A stretch of 43,608 bases of DNA from Deltaproteobacteria bacterium (GCA_015233055.1 JADFYN010000005.1:1-43608), one strand, 5' to 3'. Shown: positions 17,628 through 26,943, counted from the stretch's first letter. The notes: a model not told the origin generated them from the letters alone. Made by a program: numbers and translations.

Positions 17628-17740
17628 TAAAGGAAGAAGTATAATGCCGCGGAGGCGGAGAAACAGCCAGAAATCTTAGATCGTGTAGTCCCTGGGCCTT
17701 CTCGAATCAACGTCTGGTTTATTCCTCAGCATGCCGGCTT

Positions 17741-18577
17741 ATGGCGGTGACAAGTGAATTGAAGATGAATGAAAATTATGCTGCCTGTCCCCTTTGTGGG
17801 TCCGGGTCGTCTATAAAATTACTAAAAAAATCAGGAAGGCAACTGGTTCATTGCCGGTCCTGCGGGCTGGTCCGGCAGTTTCCTATGTTTCCGGAAGAGG
17901 TCAGGATGGCTTGCTGGCAAGGGGAAACGCGTCTGCCGTCCGGACGGACTTTTGTTGAGCATTACCAGCAAGGGGAGGTCTGGAGACGGGAATTGGCCAA
18001 CCTCCGTTTGGATCAACTGAGGGAGAGGAATTTTGGCGGGGGCAAATTACTGGATGTGGGCTGTGCCACCGGGATATTTATCGATGAGGCCCGGAAGCGC
18101 GGGTTCCAGGTCCAAGGGACAGATATTTCCTCCACCCTGGCTGGATATGGACGGCATCATTACGGCCTGGATATTCGGGAGGAAGACGCGGCGACCGTGT
18201 CTCTTGAAAAAGGTAGTTTTGATGTGGTGACCGTCTTCGACGTGTTCAGCACCATGAGATCACCCCTGGCCGCGCTGCAAAATATTCATAGCCTGCTCAA
18301 ACCTGGAGGACTGATCTGGCTGACGACCTGTTACGCCAATCTTGGATTATGGCTATTTAAGGAAGAACGGCCCTTTAATCTTTACCTGACGCCCCGGACG
18401 ATGAATGCCTTCTTGACCAGGGCCGGGTTTAGCCGGGTTCTGGCCCGAGTGGTGGTCAAAAACGCCAACCTGCCTTCCCTCCCTGGAGTCAGACGATTAT
18501 TCTACCGGATTCCGGTGGTTAATTCCCTGGCCAGGAAAATGGTCGAAGCCCTGGCCTGGAAAGGTGAAGGAGATTAA
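17741..18577 (+). CDS. class I SAM-dependent methyltransferase with N-terminal zinc ribbon
   Basis: CPLCGS..(x17)..CRSCG forms the zinc ribbon. SAM motif I is LLDVGCATGIF and the post-I acidic residue is present. The start is uncertain; the alternative is the ATG at 17765. Confidence 0.8.
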   Translation: MAVTSELKMNENYAACPLCGSGSSIKLLKKSGRQLVHCRSCGLVRQFPMFPEEVRMACWQGETRLPSGRTFVEHYQQGEVWRRELANLRLDQLRERNFGGGKLLDVGCATGIFIDEARKRGFQVQGTDISSTLAGYGRHHYGLDIREEDAATVSLEKGSFDVVTVFDVFSTMRSPLAALQNIHSLLKPGGLIWLTTCYANLGLWLFKEERPFNLYLTPRTMNAFLTRAGFSRVLARVVVKNANLPSLPGVRRLFYRIPVVNSLARKMVEALAWKGEGD

Positions 18578-18579
18578 TC

Positions 18580-19740
18580 ATGGTTGAGATTAACCCGACC
18601 TGCCCCGTCTGTGGATCAGACCGTCATGAGCCGCTGTATCCTATATATGCGGGGCCGGCGGTCACCTCCGATTTTATGGCCGTTAACTATGCCGTCATCG
18701 ATAACCGTTGCTGCCGAGGATGTGGACTCATTTATAATGCGGCCGGGACCCGCGGCGACACGGACGAATTCTACCGTCATACTTATCGCTTGATGATGCA
18801 CCGGGAAGAGGCCGAGGTGAAGAGTTTCACTCCACTGGCCGATATGTCTCAGGCCCGGCGGTCCTATGAGTTGTTACGGGAGATGATCGGCCTGGCCGAG
18901 AATGGAGCCTTGATGGAGGTGGGCGCGGGTAAAGGTCATTTCCTGACTCACCTGGCCGCCGGATTCCCCCGGTGGAGCATCACCGCCCTGGAGCCCAGCG
19001 CCGTTTTAGAGTCATTACGGCGCAATTTGCCCCAAGCTCAAGTCATCCCCTTGGGTTATCAGGCCTTTGAGGCGGCCGCGGAAGCCTACGATCTGGTCGT
19101 GGGCTTGGGCGTATTAGAACACGTACCCAATCCCTTGGACCTGTTGCGTTGGGCCTGGCGATCACTCAAGCCGAGTGGGTATTTGTTTCTCCGGGTGCCT
19201 AATTTTGCCTATAATCCTGGAGATATGTTCTGTATAGATCATCTTTCTAAGTTTACTGAAGAGACCTTGAAGAGCCTGGCCGGTGCCGCGGGATTTCGGG
19301 TGACGGGTGTCCGAGAGGTGGGTGTGCCGATATTCCTGGCTTTGGCCAAGGTCGACGGCCCATTTGACTGGTTGGGAAACTGTTTTGACGAGAACTTGAC
19401 CGTGGCCGGACGGAACGAAGCTTTGGCCCGGCACGGGATAGAACTTATTAATCAGGCTCGGGAGGCTGCCCGGGACCGGGCTGAAAATTTTGCCATTTTC
19501 GGTCTATCTTCGACCGGCTTGTTTGCCCCCTGGCTCAGTGGATTTGATCCTAAAGAAATAACCGCCTATCTCGACGAGAACCAGGCCGTATGGGGCACCC
19601 GGATCCACGGTCGGCCCGTGGGTGGACTCGACCTGATTGACCAGTTACACATCCGGCATCTCGTCCTGGCCATGAGTCCGGTTTATCTGGACGCTGTAAA
19701 AGAAAAACTTAGAAGGTACCCGGTAAAGGTTTACATCTGA
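18580..19740 (+). CDS. three-domain methyltransferase (zinc ribbon, SAM domain, C-terminal Rossmann-like domain) resembling NDP-sugar C-methyltransferases
   Basis: GAAGGAG Shine-Dalgarno. CPVCGS...CRGCG forms the zinc ribbon and motif I is LMEVGAGKGHF. The C-terminal segment FAIFGLSSTG...YLDENQAVWGTRIHGRPV...HLVLAMSP resembles the C-methyltransferase C-terminal domain pattern seen in TcaB9-like enzymes. Confidence 0.8.
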   Translation: MVEINPTCPVCGSDRHEPLYPIYAGPAVTSDFMAVNYAVIDNRCCRGCGLIYNAAGTRGDTDEFYRHTYRLMMHREEAEVKSFTPLADMSQARRSYELLREMIGLAENGALMEVGAGKGHFLTHLAAGFPRWSITALEPSAVLESLRRNLPQAQVIPLGYQAFEAAAEAYDLVVGLGVLEHVPNPLDLLRWAWRSLKPSGYLFLRVPNFAYNPGDMFCIDHLSKFTEETLKSLAGAAGFRVTGVREVGVPIFLALAKVDGPFDWLGNCFDENLTVAGRNEALARHGIELINQAREAARDRAENFAIFGLSSTGLFAPWLSGFDPKEITAYLDENQAVWGTRIHGRPVGGLDLIDQLHIRHLVLAMSPVYLDAVKEKLRRYPVKVYI

Positions 19741-19752
19741 TTTCGTTTTTCT

Positions 19753-20859
19753 TTACGGGGTAATCGAGTCGGGATACGAATAGACTTCTATTCCGAGCTT
19801 ATCAGCGATGTCCTGTGCCCTGCCGTCAACCGAGGGGGAGATGACGATGATTCTGGCCGCTTTTTCGTGATGCTTATTTTCGTAGAACCGAACTTTTCGT
19901 TCAAAGGTGTACATTTCAGATTTGGTCATGGCCGACTTGATTTCGATTATAATCAACAGGCCGTTTTTTATGATAATATCCAGTTCCACCTGATCCGGTC
20001 GGCCGAAGACAAAGCCTTCGTCATCGTATTCCGTAATATTAATAACTTCTCCCGGAAAGAAATCTTTGAGAATACCTTTGAGTCCATTCCGGTAAGCCTC
20101 TTCAGACCGGATGCCCCATCGGGCGCCCAAGCCTGCAATGCTGGTGTCGAGCCGCTTCCCTAACCGTTCAATCGCGGCCTCATTACGATCAAATCGTTCT
20201 TGAGTCTCTCTCCACCTCTCATCCCCGCGTTTCTGATTTTCCTCCCACTTAACTTTCCATTCTGCTCGCTGTTCTATCCACTCTCTTTTGCTTTCTTCCC
20301 ATTTATCGTTCCACTCCGCTCGTTGTTCTGCCCATTCTTTTTTGCTTTCCTCCCACTTAGCGTTCCACTCTGCTTGCTGTTCTTTCCACTGTCTATTGCT
20401 TTCTTCCCATTTTGCGTTCCATTCTACTTGCTGCTTTTCCCACTTATCATTCCATTCTACTTGCTGTTTTTCCCATTTTGCGTTCCACTCCGCTTGTTGT
20501 TCTTTGTCCTTCCTTTTGTCTTCCTCCCACTTTGCGTTCCACTCTACTTGCTGTTTTTCCCACTTTGCATTCCATTCCGCTTGTTGTTCTTTGTCCTTTC
20601 TTTTGTCTTCCTTCCACTTTGCGTTCCACTCAGCCTGGCGGTTGTGATCCTCAATCCGCCACTCTTCCCACTTCTTCGTGTTCGCTTCGCGGTCTTCTTT
20701 CAGCTCCCTGAGCATTCGGTCGAATCGGCTTTCGGTTTCCTGTTTTTCTGAGAATTCCGGTCTGCAGATTTGCAACACATACCGGCGTATTGTCTCGTCA
20801 TTCTTGATGAGCAGAGGAAGCTCTTTTATGATAGTCTCTCTTAGCTCTTCTATGTTCAT
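19753..20859 (-). CDS. DUF3782-like protein: N-terminal helical region, Trp-rich tandem repeats, C-terminal PD-(D/E)XK nuclease-fold domain
   Basis: The ATG at 20859 is preceded by GAGG. The C-terminus GARWGIRSEEAYRNGLKGIL...QVELDIIIKNGLLIIIEIKS...RIIVISPSVD..IADKLGIEVY matches the archaeal/cyanobacterial DUF3782-type family, with D...E-x-K core residues. Confidence 0.8.
   Translation of the reverse strand: MNIEELRETIIKELPLLIKNDETIRRYVLQICRPEFSEKQETESRFDRMLRELKEDREANTKKWEEWRIEDHNRQAEWNAKWKEDKRKDKEQQAEWNAKWEKQQVEWNAKWEEDKRKDKEQQAEWNAKWEKQQVEWNDKWEKQQVEWNAKWEESNRQWKEQQAEWNAKWEESKKEWAEQRAEWNDKWEESKREWIEQRAEWKVKWEENQKRGDERWRETQERFDRNEAAIERLGKRLDTSIAGLGARWGIRSEEAYRNGLKGILKDFFPGEVINITEYDDEGFVFGRPDQVELDIIIKNGLLIIIEIKSAMTKSEMYTFERKVRFYENKHHEKAARIIVISPSVDGRAQDIADKLGIEVYSYPDSITP
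20182..20670 (-). repeat. In-frame tandem repeats encoding 9 copies of EWN(A/D)KWE (11- and 18-aa periods)
   Basis: A 29-aa unit (EWNAKWEEDKRKDKEQQAEWNAKWEKQQV) is duplicated exactly. I count 24 Trp in ~163 aa. The repetitive DNA produces spurious ORFs in all three plus-strand frames. Confidence 0.9.
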
Positions 20860-20949
20860 TTTTTTACCTCGATTCCGACCACAGAGCATTAATGTAGGAT
20901 ACCACCATCCCGGGATATTCGTCTGGTGGCTGCTCTATCTTCCTGCTAA

Positions 20950-21876
20950 TCAGACTCCGGAATTAATCATGTCCTGGAGTTCGGTGTAATGTCTAGAATT
21001 GGGATCGGTTTCCTTGATGACCTCCAGGCATTTTTTTGCTCCCTCCTTATCGCCATTCTTCAGGCTGATTTTACCGGCCATAAAAAAGTGCTCGACGGCT
21101 GCGAAGGAGTCACCGCTTTTGCGGTAGCACATACCCAGGCTATAGTGCGCCTTGAGGTGTTCCGGCTGGGCCGCAATGGCTGACTTATAGGATTCGATGG
21201 CCTGGGCCAGGACTCCGGTTTGCAGGTAAATGTTGCCCAGATTGACCAGCGCACCCGGTGAATCCGGTTTTATCTCTATGACCTTCCTAAAACATGAGGC
21301 CGCTTTTTGATACTGCTGCATCAATAAATAGGTGGTTCCCATGTTTTGATAAGCCCGCCAGAAACTGGGTTTGTATTTGACGGCTTCTTCATATTCCTCA
21401 ATGGCTTTTTGAAGTTCCCCACGGCCTCCGAAGGCCACACCTAACTCAAAATGGGCTTCGGGATAATCCGGCTTGAATTTAAAGACCCGTTGCATGTATT
21501 CGACGCCCTTGTCAAAGGATTCTTTTTCTGAAAAGCAGATAATAGCTAGATTATAGTAAGCCAGGGAGAAGTTGGGTTTATATTTGATGGTCGCCTCGAA
21601 CTGCTCTTTGGCCGGCTTACCCATATTATTTTGTGCATAGAGGTAACCCAAAGCGAAATGGGCCTCAGCCAGGTCCGGTTTCTTAGAGATGGCCTTTTTG
21701 TATTCGGCCTCCTCCCGATCGAGCATTCCCTTAATCCCGTATATCAGTCCCATAGTCAGATGACGGCGGGCCGGCGAATCGTCGGCAGCAGCGGCAGGAA
21801 CCGTTAAACCGGCCAACAGGGCTGCGCAACAGATCAAAATGATGTGATGCTTTGGGTTCATTCGGAGAGAGCTCAT
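20950..21876 (-). CDS. secreted TPR repeat protein
   Basis: It has a signal peptide (HHIILICCAALLAGLTVPAAAADD) and about 7 TPR units (e.g. AEAHFALGYLYAQ, AYYNLAIICF, AEAHFELGVAFG). Its start overlaps the kinase stop (ATGA). Confidence 0.85.
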   Translation of the reverse strand: MSSLRMNPKHHIILICCAALLAGLTVPAAAADDSPARRHLTMGLIYGIKGMLDREEAEYKKAISKKPDLAEAHFALGYLYAQNNMGKPAKEQFEATIKYKPNFSLAYYNLAIICFSEKESFDKGVEYMQRVFKFKPDYPEAHFELGVAFGGRGELQKAIEEYEEAVKYKPSFWRAYQNMGTTYLLMQQYQKAASCFRKVIEIKPDSPGALVNLGNIYLQTGVLAQAIESYKSAIAAQPEHLKAHYSLGMCYRKSGDSFAAVEHFFMAGKISLKNGDKEGAKKCLEVIKETDPNSRHYTELQDMINSGV

Positions 21877-23771
21877 TTTTGGCGGCTTTCCAGTTCTGTC
21901 AAGAGGACTTTCAATTTGTTATTTCCAGGATCGTTTTCCATGGCTCTTCGTAAATATTCCACTGCCCTCTGATGATCGCGAAGGAGGTAGTAATTGATTC
22001 CCAGATTCGTCTCCAACCACGCCGCTTGAGCTGAATCTTTGGGTTTCAATTGCAGTAATTCTGTGTTTGATTGCTTGTAGTTATTCATCAAGAAGTAAAT
22101 CGCGGCCAATTGCATGCGGGCTTCAAAAAAGTCGCGCCGAAAAGAGATGGACTTTTGCAACGCGGCTATGGCTTTAGGGAAATTATTTGCCCCAGTTGCC
22201 GCCCGGCCTAATTCATAATACAGACTTGGGTCGTTGGGGTCCTTCTGTATCACGGACTCCAGGGAATTAACGACCTCTTGGTAGCGGCTGGTTCGTTGCG
22301 TTGCATCCAGGGTCAGGGCTTGATTATTGATGGCCCCAATTGTTGCTTTGGCTTGATCTAAGGCATACTTCTCTTTGTCTTGGGGGTGGCCGGAGAACCA
22401 CTGTTGGAATTTCTTTTCGGCCCCGGCAAAATCTTCGGCTTTTAGAGCAGCTAAGGCAGAATCCGGCCTAACTGTGTCTATTTTGGCCGCGAGAGCCTTT
22501 GGTTTCTCGGTTCCCGGCTTAGTTGTGGAGGTGGAAGGCCGGGGCGCTGCCTTCTGGTCTCTGGTCGGCCCGGGCCCTTTGCTAATGGGGCCGAACAGGT
22601 AGGCGACGGCCAGGATAGCCAGGACCCCCATCAACACCAGGACCCGTCGGCTGACCGCCAGTTTCTCTCCACCACTTTCCTCTGTTACAATAACCACTCG
22701 AGTTGTGGCCATCTCCGAATTGCCGACTCCAGCCGGTAGAGCCTGTTGAGTGACCGTTTTGTTCATCTTTGGAACAACGAACTTTTCGTATTTTGAAACC
22801 GTTTCCAGTTCAGAGCGAATATCATTTTCTTCCTGTTCGATCTCAGCGCCGTACATCCCGTGAATATATTCCCGCAGAGTCAACGTGGAAGGTGGGGTGG
22901 CCTGCTGGGCGGAAAAAAGATAAGCTTCAATCGCTTTTTGCATGGCCTCTGCGTTTTGAAAACGTTCTTCTCGATCTCGGGCCAGGGCCTTAAAAATGAT
23001 GGCTTCCAACGGCTGGTCTATTTCGCGGTTCAATCGCGAGGGCGGGTAGACGGCACACTTACGAACTTTTTCCAGAACTTCGACCTCTGAGCCACCATAG
23101 AATAGTCGCCTTTGGGTCAAAAGTTCGTACATCACGGTCCCCAAAGAGAAAATGTCTGACCGATGATCCAAGGGTTTGCCCATGGCCTGCTCCGGGGACA
23201 TGTAGGCCAGCTTTCCTTTAATCAATCCCGCCTGAGTTTGATTGCTTCTTGAGGCTGCTTTGGCGATGCCGAAGTCTACCAGCTTGACATCTCCCTCGTT
23301 GGATATTAAAACGTTTTGAGGGCTGATGTCCCGGTGGACGATGTTTAATGGTTCGTTCTGGCGGTCTTTCTTAAAATGGGCATACTGCAGGGCGCGGCAG
23401 ACCTGACTTATGATGAACAAAATATTGGACTTGCCCAGACTGGTTTTGTTTTGGATGCCGGTCTTGGCAATGCTCCAAAGATCATGTCCAAGGATAAACT
23501 CCATGGCAATGAAATAGGTCCCAGCCACCTTGCCCATGTCATAAATCTGTACAATGTTCTGGTGGTTGAGTTGAGCGGCCAGTTTAGCCTCGTCGATAAA
23601 CATGGTGATGAATTCCTGGTCCTGGCAGAATTGGGGCAAGATTCGTTTTACGGCCAGGATCTTCTCGAACCCTTCCAGGCTGATTTTGCGGGCGCGGTAG
23701 AGTTCGGCCATGCCACCGGTGGCAATTTTCTTGGTCAGGTAATATTCCCCGTAGGTTTGAATTTCTGCCAT
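21873..23771 (-). CDS. Hanks-type Ser/Thr protein kinase, single-pass membrane, TPR-like extracytoplasmic domain
   Basis: Kinase motifs are the Gly-rich loop KKIATGGMAELY, the Lys context ILAVKRI, HRDISPQNVL, DFGIAKA and YMSPEQ. The TM segment is VLVLMGVLAILAVAYLF at about aa 375-395. The C-terminal ~200 aa has TPR-like repeats. Confidence 0.92.
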   Translation of the reverse strand: MAEIQTYGEYYLTKKIATGGMAELYRARKISLEGFEKILAVKRILPQFCQDQEFITMFIDEAKLAAQLNHQNIVQIYDMGKVAGTYFIAMEFILGHDLWSIAKTGIQNKTSLGKSNILFIISQVCRALQYAHFKKDRQNEPLNIVHRDISPQNVLISNEGDVKLVDFGIAKAASRSNQTQAGLIKGKLAYMSPEQAMGKPLDHRSDIFSLGTVMYELLTQRRLFYGGSEVEVLEKVRKCAVYPPSRLNREIDQPLEAIIFKALARDREERFQNAEAMQKAIEAYLFSAQQATPPSTLTLREYIHGMYGAEIEQEENDIRSELETVSKYEKFVVPKMNKTVTQQALPAGVGNSEMATTRVVIVTEESGGEKLAVSRRVLVLMGVLAILAVAYLFGPISKGPGPTRDQKAAPRPSTSTTKPGTEKPKALAAKIDTVRPDSALAALKAEDFAGAEKKFQQWFSGHPQDKEKYALDQAKATIGAINNQALTLDATQRTSRYQEVVNSLESVIQKDPNDPSLYYELGRAATGANNFPKAIAALQKSISFRRDFFEARMQLAAIYFLMNNYKQSNTELLQLKPKDSAQAAWLETNLGINYYLLRDHQRAVEYLRRAMENDPGNNKLKVLLTELESRQK

Positions 23772-24243
23772 AATGACAATGCCATAGATCCATTAAAAGA
23801 TTTCGTTAGGGAAGATCGGCACCGTTGACGAGGGACCGATAGGTAATCTGCCGGACAGGAAGAATCCATTTCTCCGGAACATTCTAACTTAAGATTAAAT
23901 TATTATGACACGATTGTCAAAAAAAAGCTAATACAAGACCTCAAAAATCGTGGCGTAAGTCCAAAAAAAGAATTGCCCAGATAAATATAGCCACAGGTCT
24001 GCGCCCAGGTCCGCAGAAAAGGCTCTGGTTTAATTTTTTCATTATTGATTTTCTTAGTTAAATATGCTTATTTTAACCAAGCTGGGAATCAACCCTGGTT
24101 TGGCCCGAGATACTCGGCCACAATGTTAAATAACAATAATTTAATTAATGTATTATCTCTGACCAGGGGCATCCTGGCAACCTGACGTGGTCATTCCTGA
24201 GTCCATCATCGAACAAACTAGGAAACAGCATTTGGGAGAAAGC

Positions 24244-24717
24244 ATGTTTCAACGAAATATCATCTGGCTAATCATCCTTCTTGTGGGGCCCTGTATCTGG
24301 CTCAGCTCCGCCTTGACCGAAGCCGCGACAGGGGCCAAAACGGAACCAGACCCGGTCGGCAAGCCGGTGCTCCAAGAGATCATCCCCTGGAGTCAGAAAA
24401 ACGTGTTCGAATTAAGAATGATTTTTAGCAGCAATTATACCCCGAAAGTGTCTTCGCTCCAAAATCCGACGCGGATCATTATCGAATTACCCATTCAGAT
24501 TAAGGCTACTCCACCAAAGCCCCAGCAATATCCCCAATCCCATGTGGTCTCTACTTTTCGGGCGGAGCCGCAGCCTGATCAGGGCGGGATCCGGGTGGAA
24601 TTGGGCCTGAAACAGGGAGCGGTCGCAGTGGTCAAACAAGATACGTACCACGACTTACCCAAGCCAGGGCTGGTGACTGTGGTTATTTCTCTCGAAGAGA
24701 AGAAAAAAGGACGTTGA
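24244..24717 (+). CDS. small secreted protein with AMIN-like domain
   Basis: GGGAG lies 5 nt upstream of the ATG at 24244. A signal peptide is present. FELRMIFSSNYTPKVSSLQNPTRIIIELP resembles the AMIN-domain strand pattern. Confidence 0.55.
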   Translation: MFQRNIIWLIILLVGPCIWLSSALTEAATGAKTEPDPVGKPVLQEIIPWSQKNVFELRMIFSSNYTPKVSSLQNPTRIIIELPIQIKATPPKPQQYPQSHVVSTFRAEPQPDQGGIRVELGLKQGAVAVVKQDTYHDLPKPGLVTVVISLEEKKKGR

Positions 24718-24749
24718 ATATCAGATCATCACGGGGATAGACTGAAACC

Positions 24750-25763
24750 ATGGATAACATATTGGCAAAACTGGAACAAGCCATTGCCGGACAGCCGAAG
24801 ATTCTGATAGTCATGCATAATAATCCGGATCCCGACACCATTGCCAGCGCCCAGGGGCTTAAAACGCTCTTCACGACTAAATGGCGCCGGAAAGTCGTTA
24901 TTGCCTATAGCGGGATTATAGCCCGGCCGGAGAACAAGGCCATGGTCAAATCGCTAAAGATCGGCCTGGTCAAGCTCAAGACTCTCGATCCGGCGGATTG
25001 GCCTTTTGTGGCCGTAGTGGACGGACAGCCCGGCGCCGGGAATATATTATTACCGGAAGGCGCCACGGTCGGGATTGTCATCGACCATCATGGCCGAAAA
25101 AGGACCTGCAAGGGGCTCTCATTCGTGGATATTCGTCCCAAGTACGGCAGCACCTCGACCATCATCACCGAATACTTGATTAAAGCCAAGATCAAGCCCA
25201 CCAAGAAGCTGGCCACGGCCCTTTACTACGGAATCAAGACCGACACTCAGAACCTGGGGCGGGATGTTACCGAGGCCGATATCAAATCGTCCATGTTTTT
25301 GTATCCCCAACTATTGTTCAAGACCCTGGCCAAGATAGAGCACCCCACTTTGCCCCGTGTCTTTTTCGTCAGCATGAACCAGGCCATTACCGACATGGTC
25401 ATATATGGTGACGCGGTGATTTGTGATTTGAGGGACCTGGAATATCCCGACGTGGTATCAGTCACGGCCGATTTGTTCCTCCAGATGGAGAACGTCCGCT
25501 GGACATTTTCCTTTGGCTGCTTTGAGGACCGCCTGTTTCTTTCCATTCGGACCAATCAACGCCGCACCTCGGCCGGAAGGGTGGCCCAGATTATCACTCA
25601 CCATCAAGGCTCGGCCGGGGGGCACGCCACCATTGCCGGTGGGGCCGTTGATGTTAAGGGGATGAGCGACGTCAAACGAGAAGCCTTTAAGGCCAAACTC
25701 ACCGAACGGTTTTTGCGGGCCATCAAAAGGGAGACCTGTAAGGCGGAACAACTCGTAAAATAA
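24750..25763 (+). CDS. DHH family phosphoesterase (NrnA-like oligoribonuclease / pAp phosphatase)
   Basis: Motifs are HNNPDPDTIASA, IVIDHHG, and DHHA1 GGHATIAGG. Confidence 0.88.
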   Translation: MDNILAKLEQAIAGQPKILIVMHNNPDPDTIASAQGLKTLFTTKWRRKVVIAYSGIIARPENKAMVKSLKIGLVKLKTLDPADWPFVAVVDGQPGAGNILLPEGATVGIVIDHHGRKRTCKGLSFVDIRPKYGSTSTIITEYLIKAKIKPTKKLATALYYGIKTDTQNLGRDVTEADIKSSMFLYPQLLFKTLAKIEHPTLPRVFFVSMNQAITDMVIYGDAVICDLRDLEYPDVVSVTADLFLQMENVRWTFSFGCFEDRLFLSIRTNQRRTSAGRVAQIITHHQGSAGGHATIAGGAVDVKGMSDVKREAFKAKLTERFLRAIKRETCKAEQLVK

Positions 25764-25789
25764 GCTGTAACATCTTTTAGGAGACAGCC

Positions 25790-26569
25790 GTGAAATACCG
25801 GGTAGCCACGTTTAACACCAATTCCATTCGGGCCAGACTGGACATTATCCTGGCTTGGCTGAGCCGACACCGACCCAATGTCCTGTGCCTTCAGGAAACC
25901 AAGGTCCAGGATGAGGATTTCCCTGTCGAGCCGATCATCCAGGCCGGTTACCAGGTTGTTTTTAAAGGACAAAAGAGTTATAATGGAGTGGCGGTCCTGT
26001 GTTTGAGCCAACCCGACGAGGTCAGTTGGGGGCTCGGCGGAGATGACCGTGAGGCCGATGTCCGTTTACTCTCCGTCCGGGTGGACGGCCTTCGTGTGGT
26101 GAACACATATATTCCTCAAGGCCGAGAGGTGGGCACGCCTCACTTTGACTATAAACTTAATTTTTTTAAGCGATTAAGGGAATACTTCCAGACGGATTTC
26201 TCGCCCCGAGAACCCCTGGTTTGGGCCGGAGACCTAAACGTGGCTCTGACTGATGAGGATGTTTACGATCCCAAGCGCATGGCCGGGCAGGTCTGCTTTC
26301 ATCCCGATGAGCAGGCGGCCTTGAAGGCTGTGGCCCAGTGGGGCCTGGTGGACGTTTTTCGCCGTCACCATCCGGATGGCCGGGCTTTTACATTTTGGGA
26401 TTATCGGTTGCCCAAATCGGTCGACCGGAATCTGGGTTGGCGGATTGACTATATTTGGGCCACCCAGCCCCTGGCTGAATGCTCCACCGACGCCTTTGTG
26501 GACTTAGAACCACGGCGGATGCCCAAACCCTCCGACCACACCTTCCTGGTCGCGGATTTCCAACGATGA
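25790..26569 (+). CDS. xth: exodeoxyribonuclease III
   Basis: GTG start after AGGAG. Motifs are FNTNSIRARL, VLCLQETK, GDLNVA, WDYR and PSDHTFLV. Confidence 0.92.
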   Translation: MKYRVATFNTNSIRARLDIILAWLSRHRPNVLCLQETKVQDEDFPVEPIIQAGYQVVFKGQKSYNGVAVLCLSQPDEVSWGLGGDDREADVRLLSVRVDGLRVVNTYIPQGREVGTPHFDYKLNFFKRLREYFQTDFSPREPLVWAGDLNVALTDEDVYDPKRMAGQVCFHPDEQAALKAVAQWGLVDVFRRHHPDGRAFTFWDYRLPKSVDRNLGWRIDYIWATQPLAECSTDAFVDLEPRRMPKPSDHTFLVADFQR

Positions 26570-26685
26570 ACTCAACTTCCGGCCGGGTCAAAATGTACTT
26601 GTTCGGGGTGAAAGGTAAGAGAAGAAATTGGATGGGGCTACAAGAGATCTGATAAATTTAAGATGGAACGGGAAAGGGGAGGAGG

Positions 26686-26943
26686 TTAGGGATTTTTTAG
26701 GATATCGTGCTTGCCAATTCTCCTTAGCGTGCATATTTCACCATCAATTCTGAAAGTAAACCGGTAGCCGGCGCTAATCCGAGCCTCCCAAACATTTTTA
26801 AGGCCTTCCATTTTCTTGATGTTTAAAGATGGATGCCGAAAATTTAATAAGAGATGGGAGATTTGTTTTTTGAACTGTTTCCGTATCCTCTCCGGCAGCC
26901 TATTGTAATCACGACCGAAATCTTTAGTGAAAACAGGGATCAT
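26686..26943 (-). CDS. type II toxin-antitoxin system RelE/ParE family toxin
   Basis: This 85-aa protein has the motif WEARISAGYRFTFRIDGEICTLRRIGKHD, typical of the RelE/ParE fold. It overlaps the upstream antitoxin gene by 4 nt (ATGA). Confidence 0.8.
   Translation of the reverse strand: MIPVFTKDFGRDYNRLPERIRKQFKKQISHLLLNFRHPSLNIKKMEGLKNVWEARISAGYRFTFRIDGEICTLRRIGKHDILKNP

Noticed and set aside
20182-20670. Regularly spaced repeats that could be mistaken for a CRISPR array
   Set aside because: The repeats are contiguous and in-frame within a long ORF. There are no unique spacers and no cas genes nearby.
20200-20989. Four plus-strand ORFs (183, 119, 99 and 103 aa) antisense to the DUF3782-like gene
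   Set aside because: They are artefacts of the in-frame tandem repeat. Low-complexity DNA stays open in several frames, and the products are Leu/Phe/Ser/Cys-rich nonsense.
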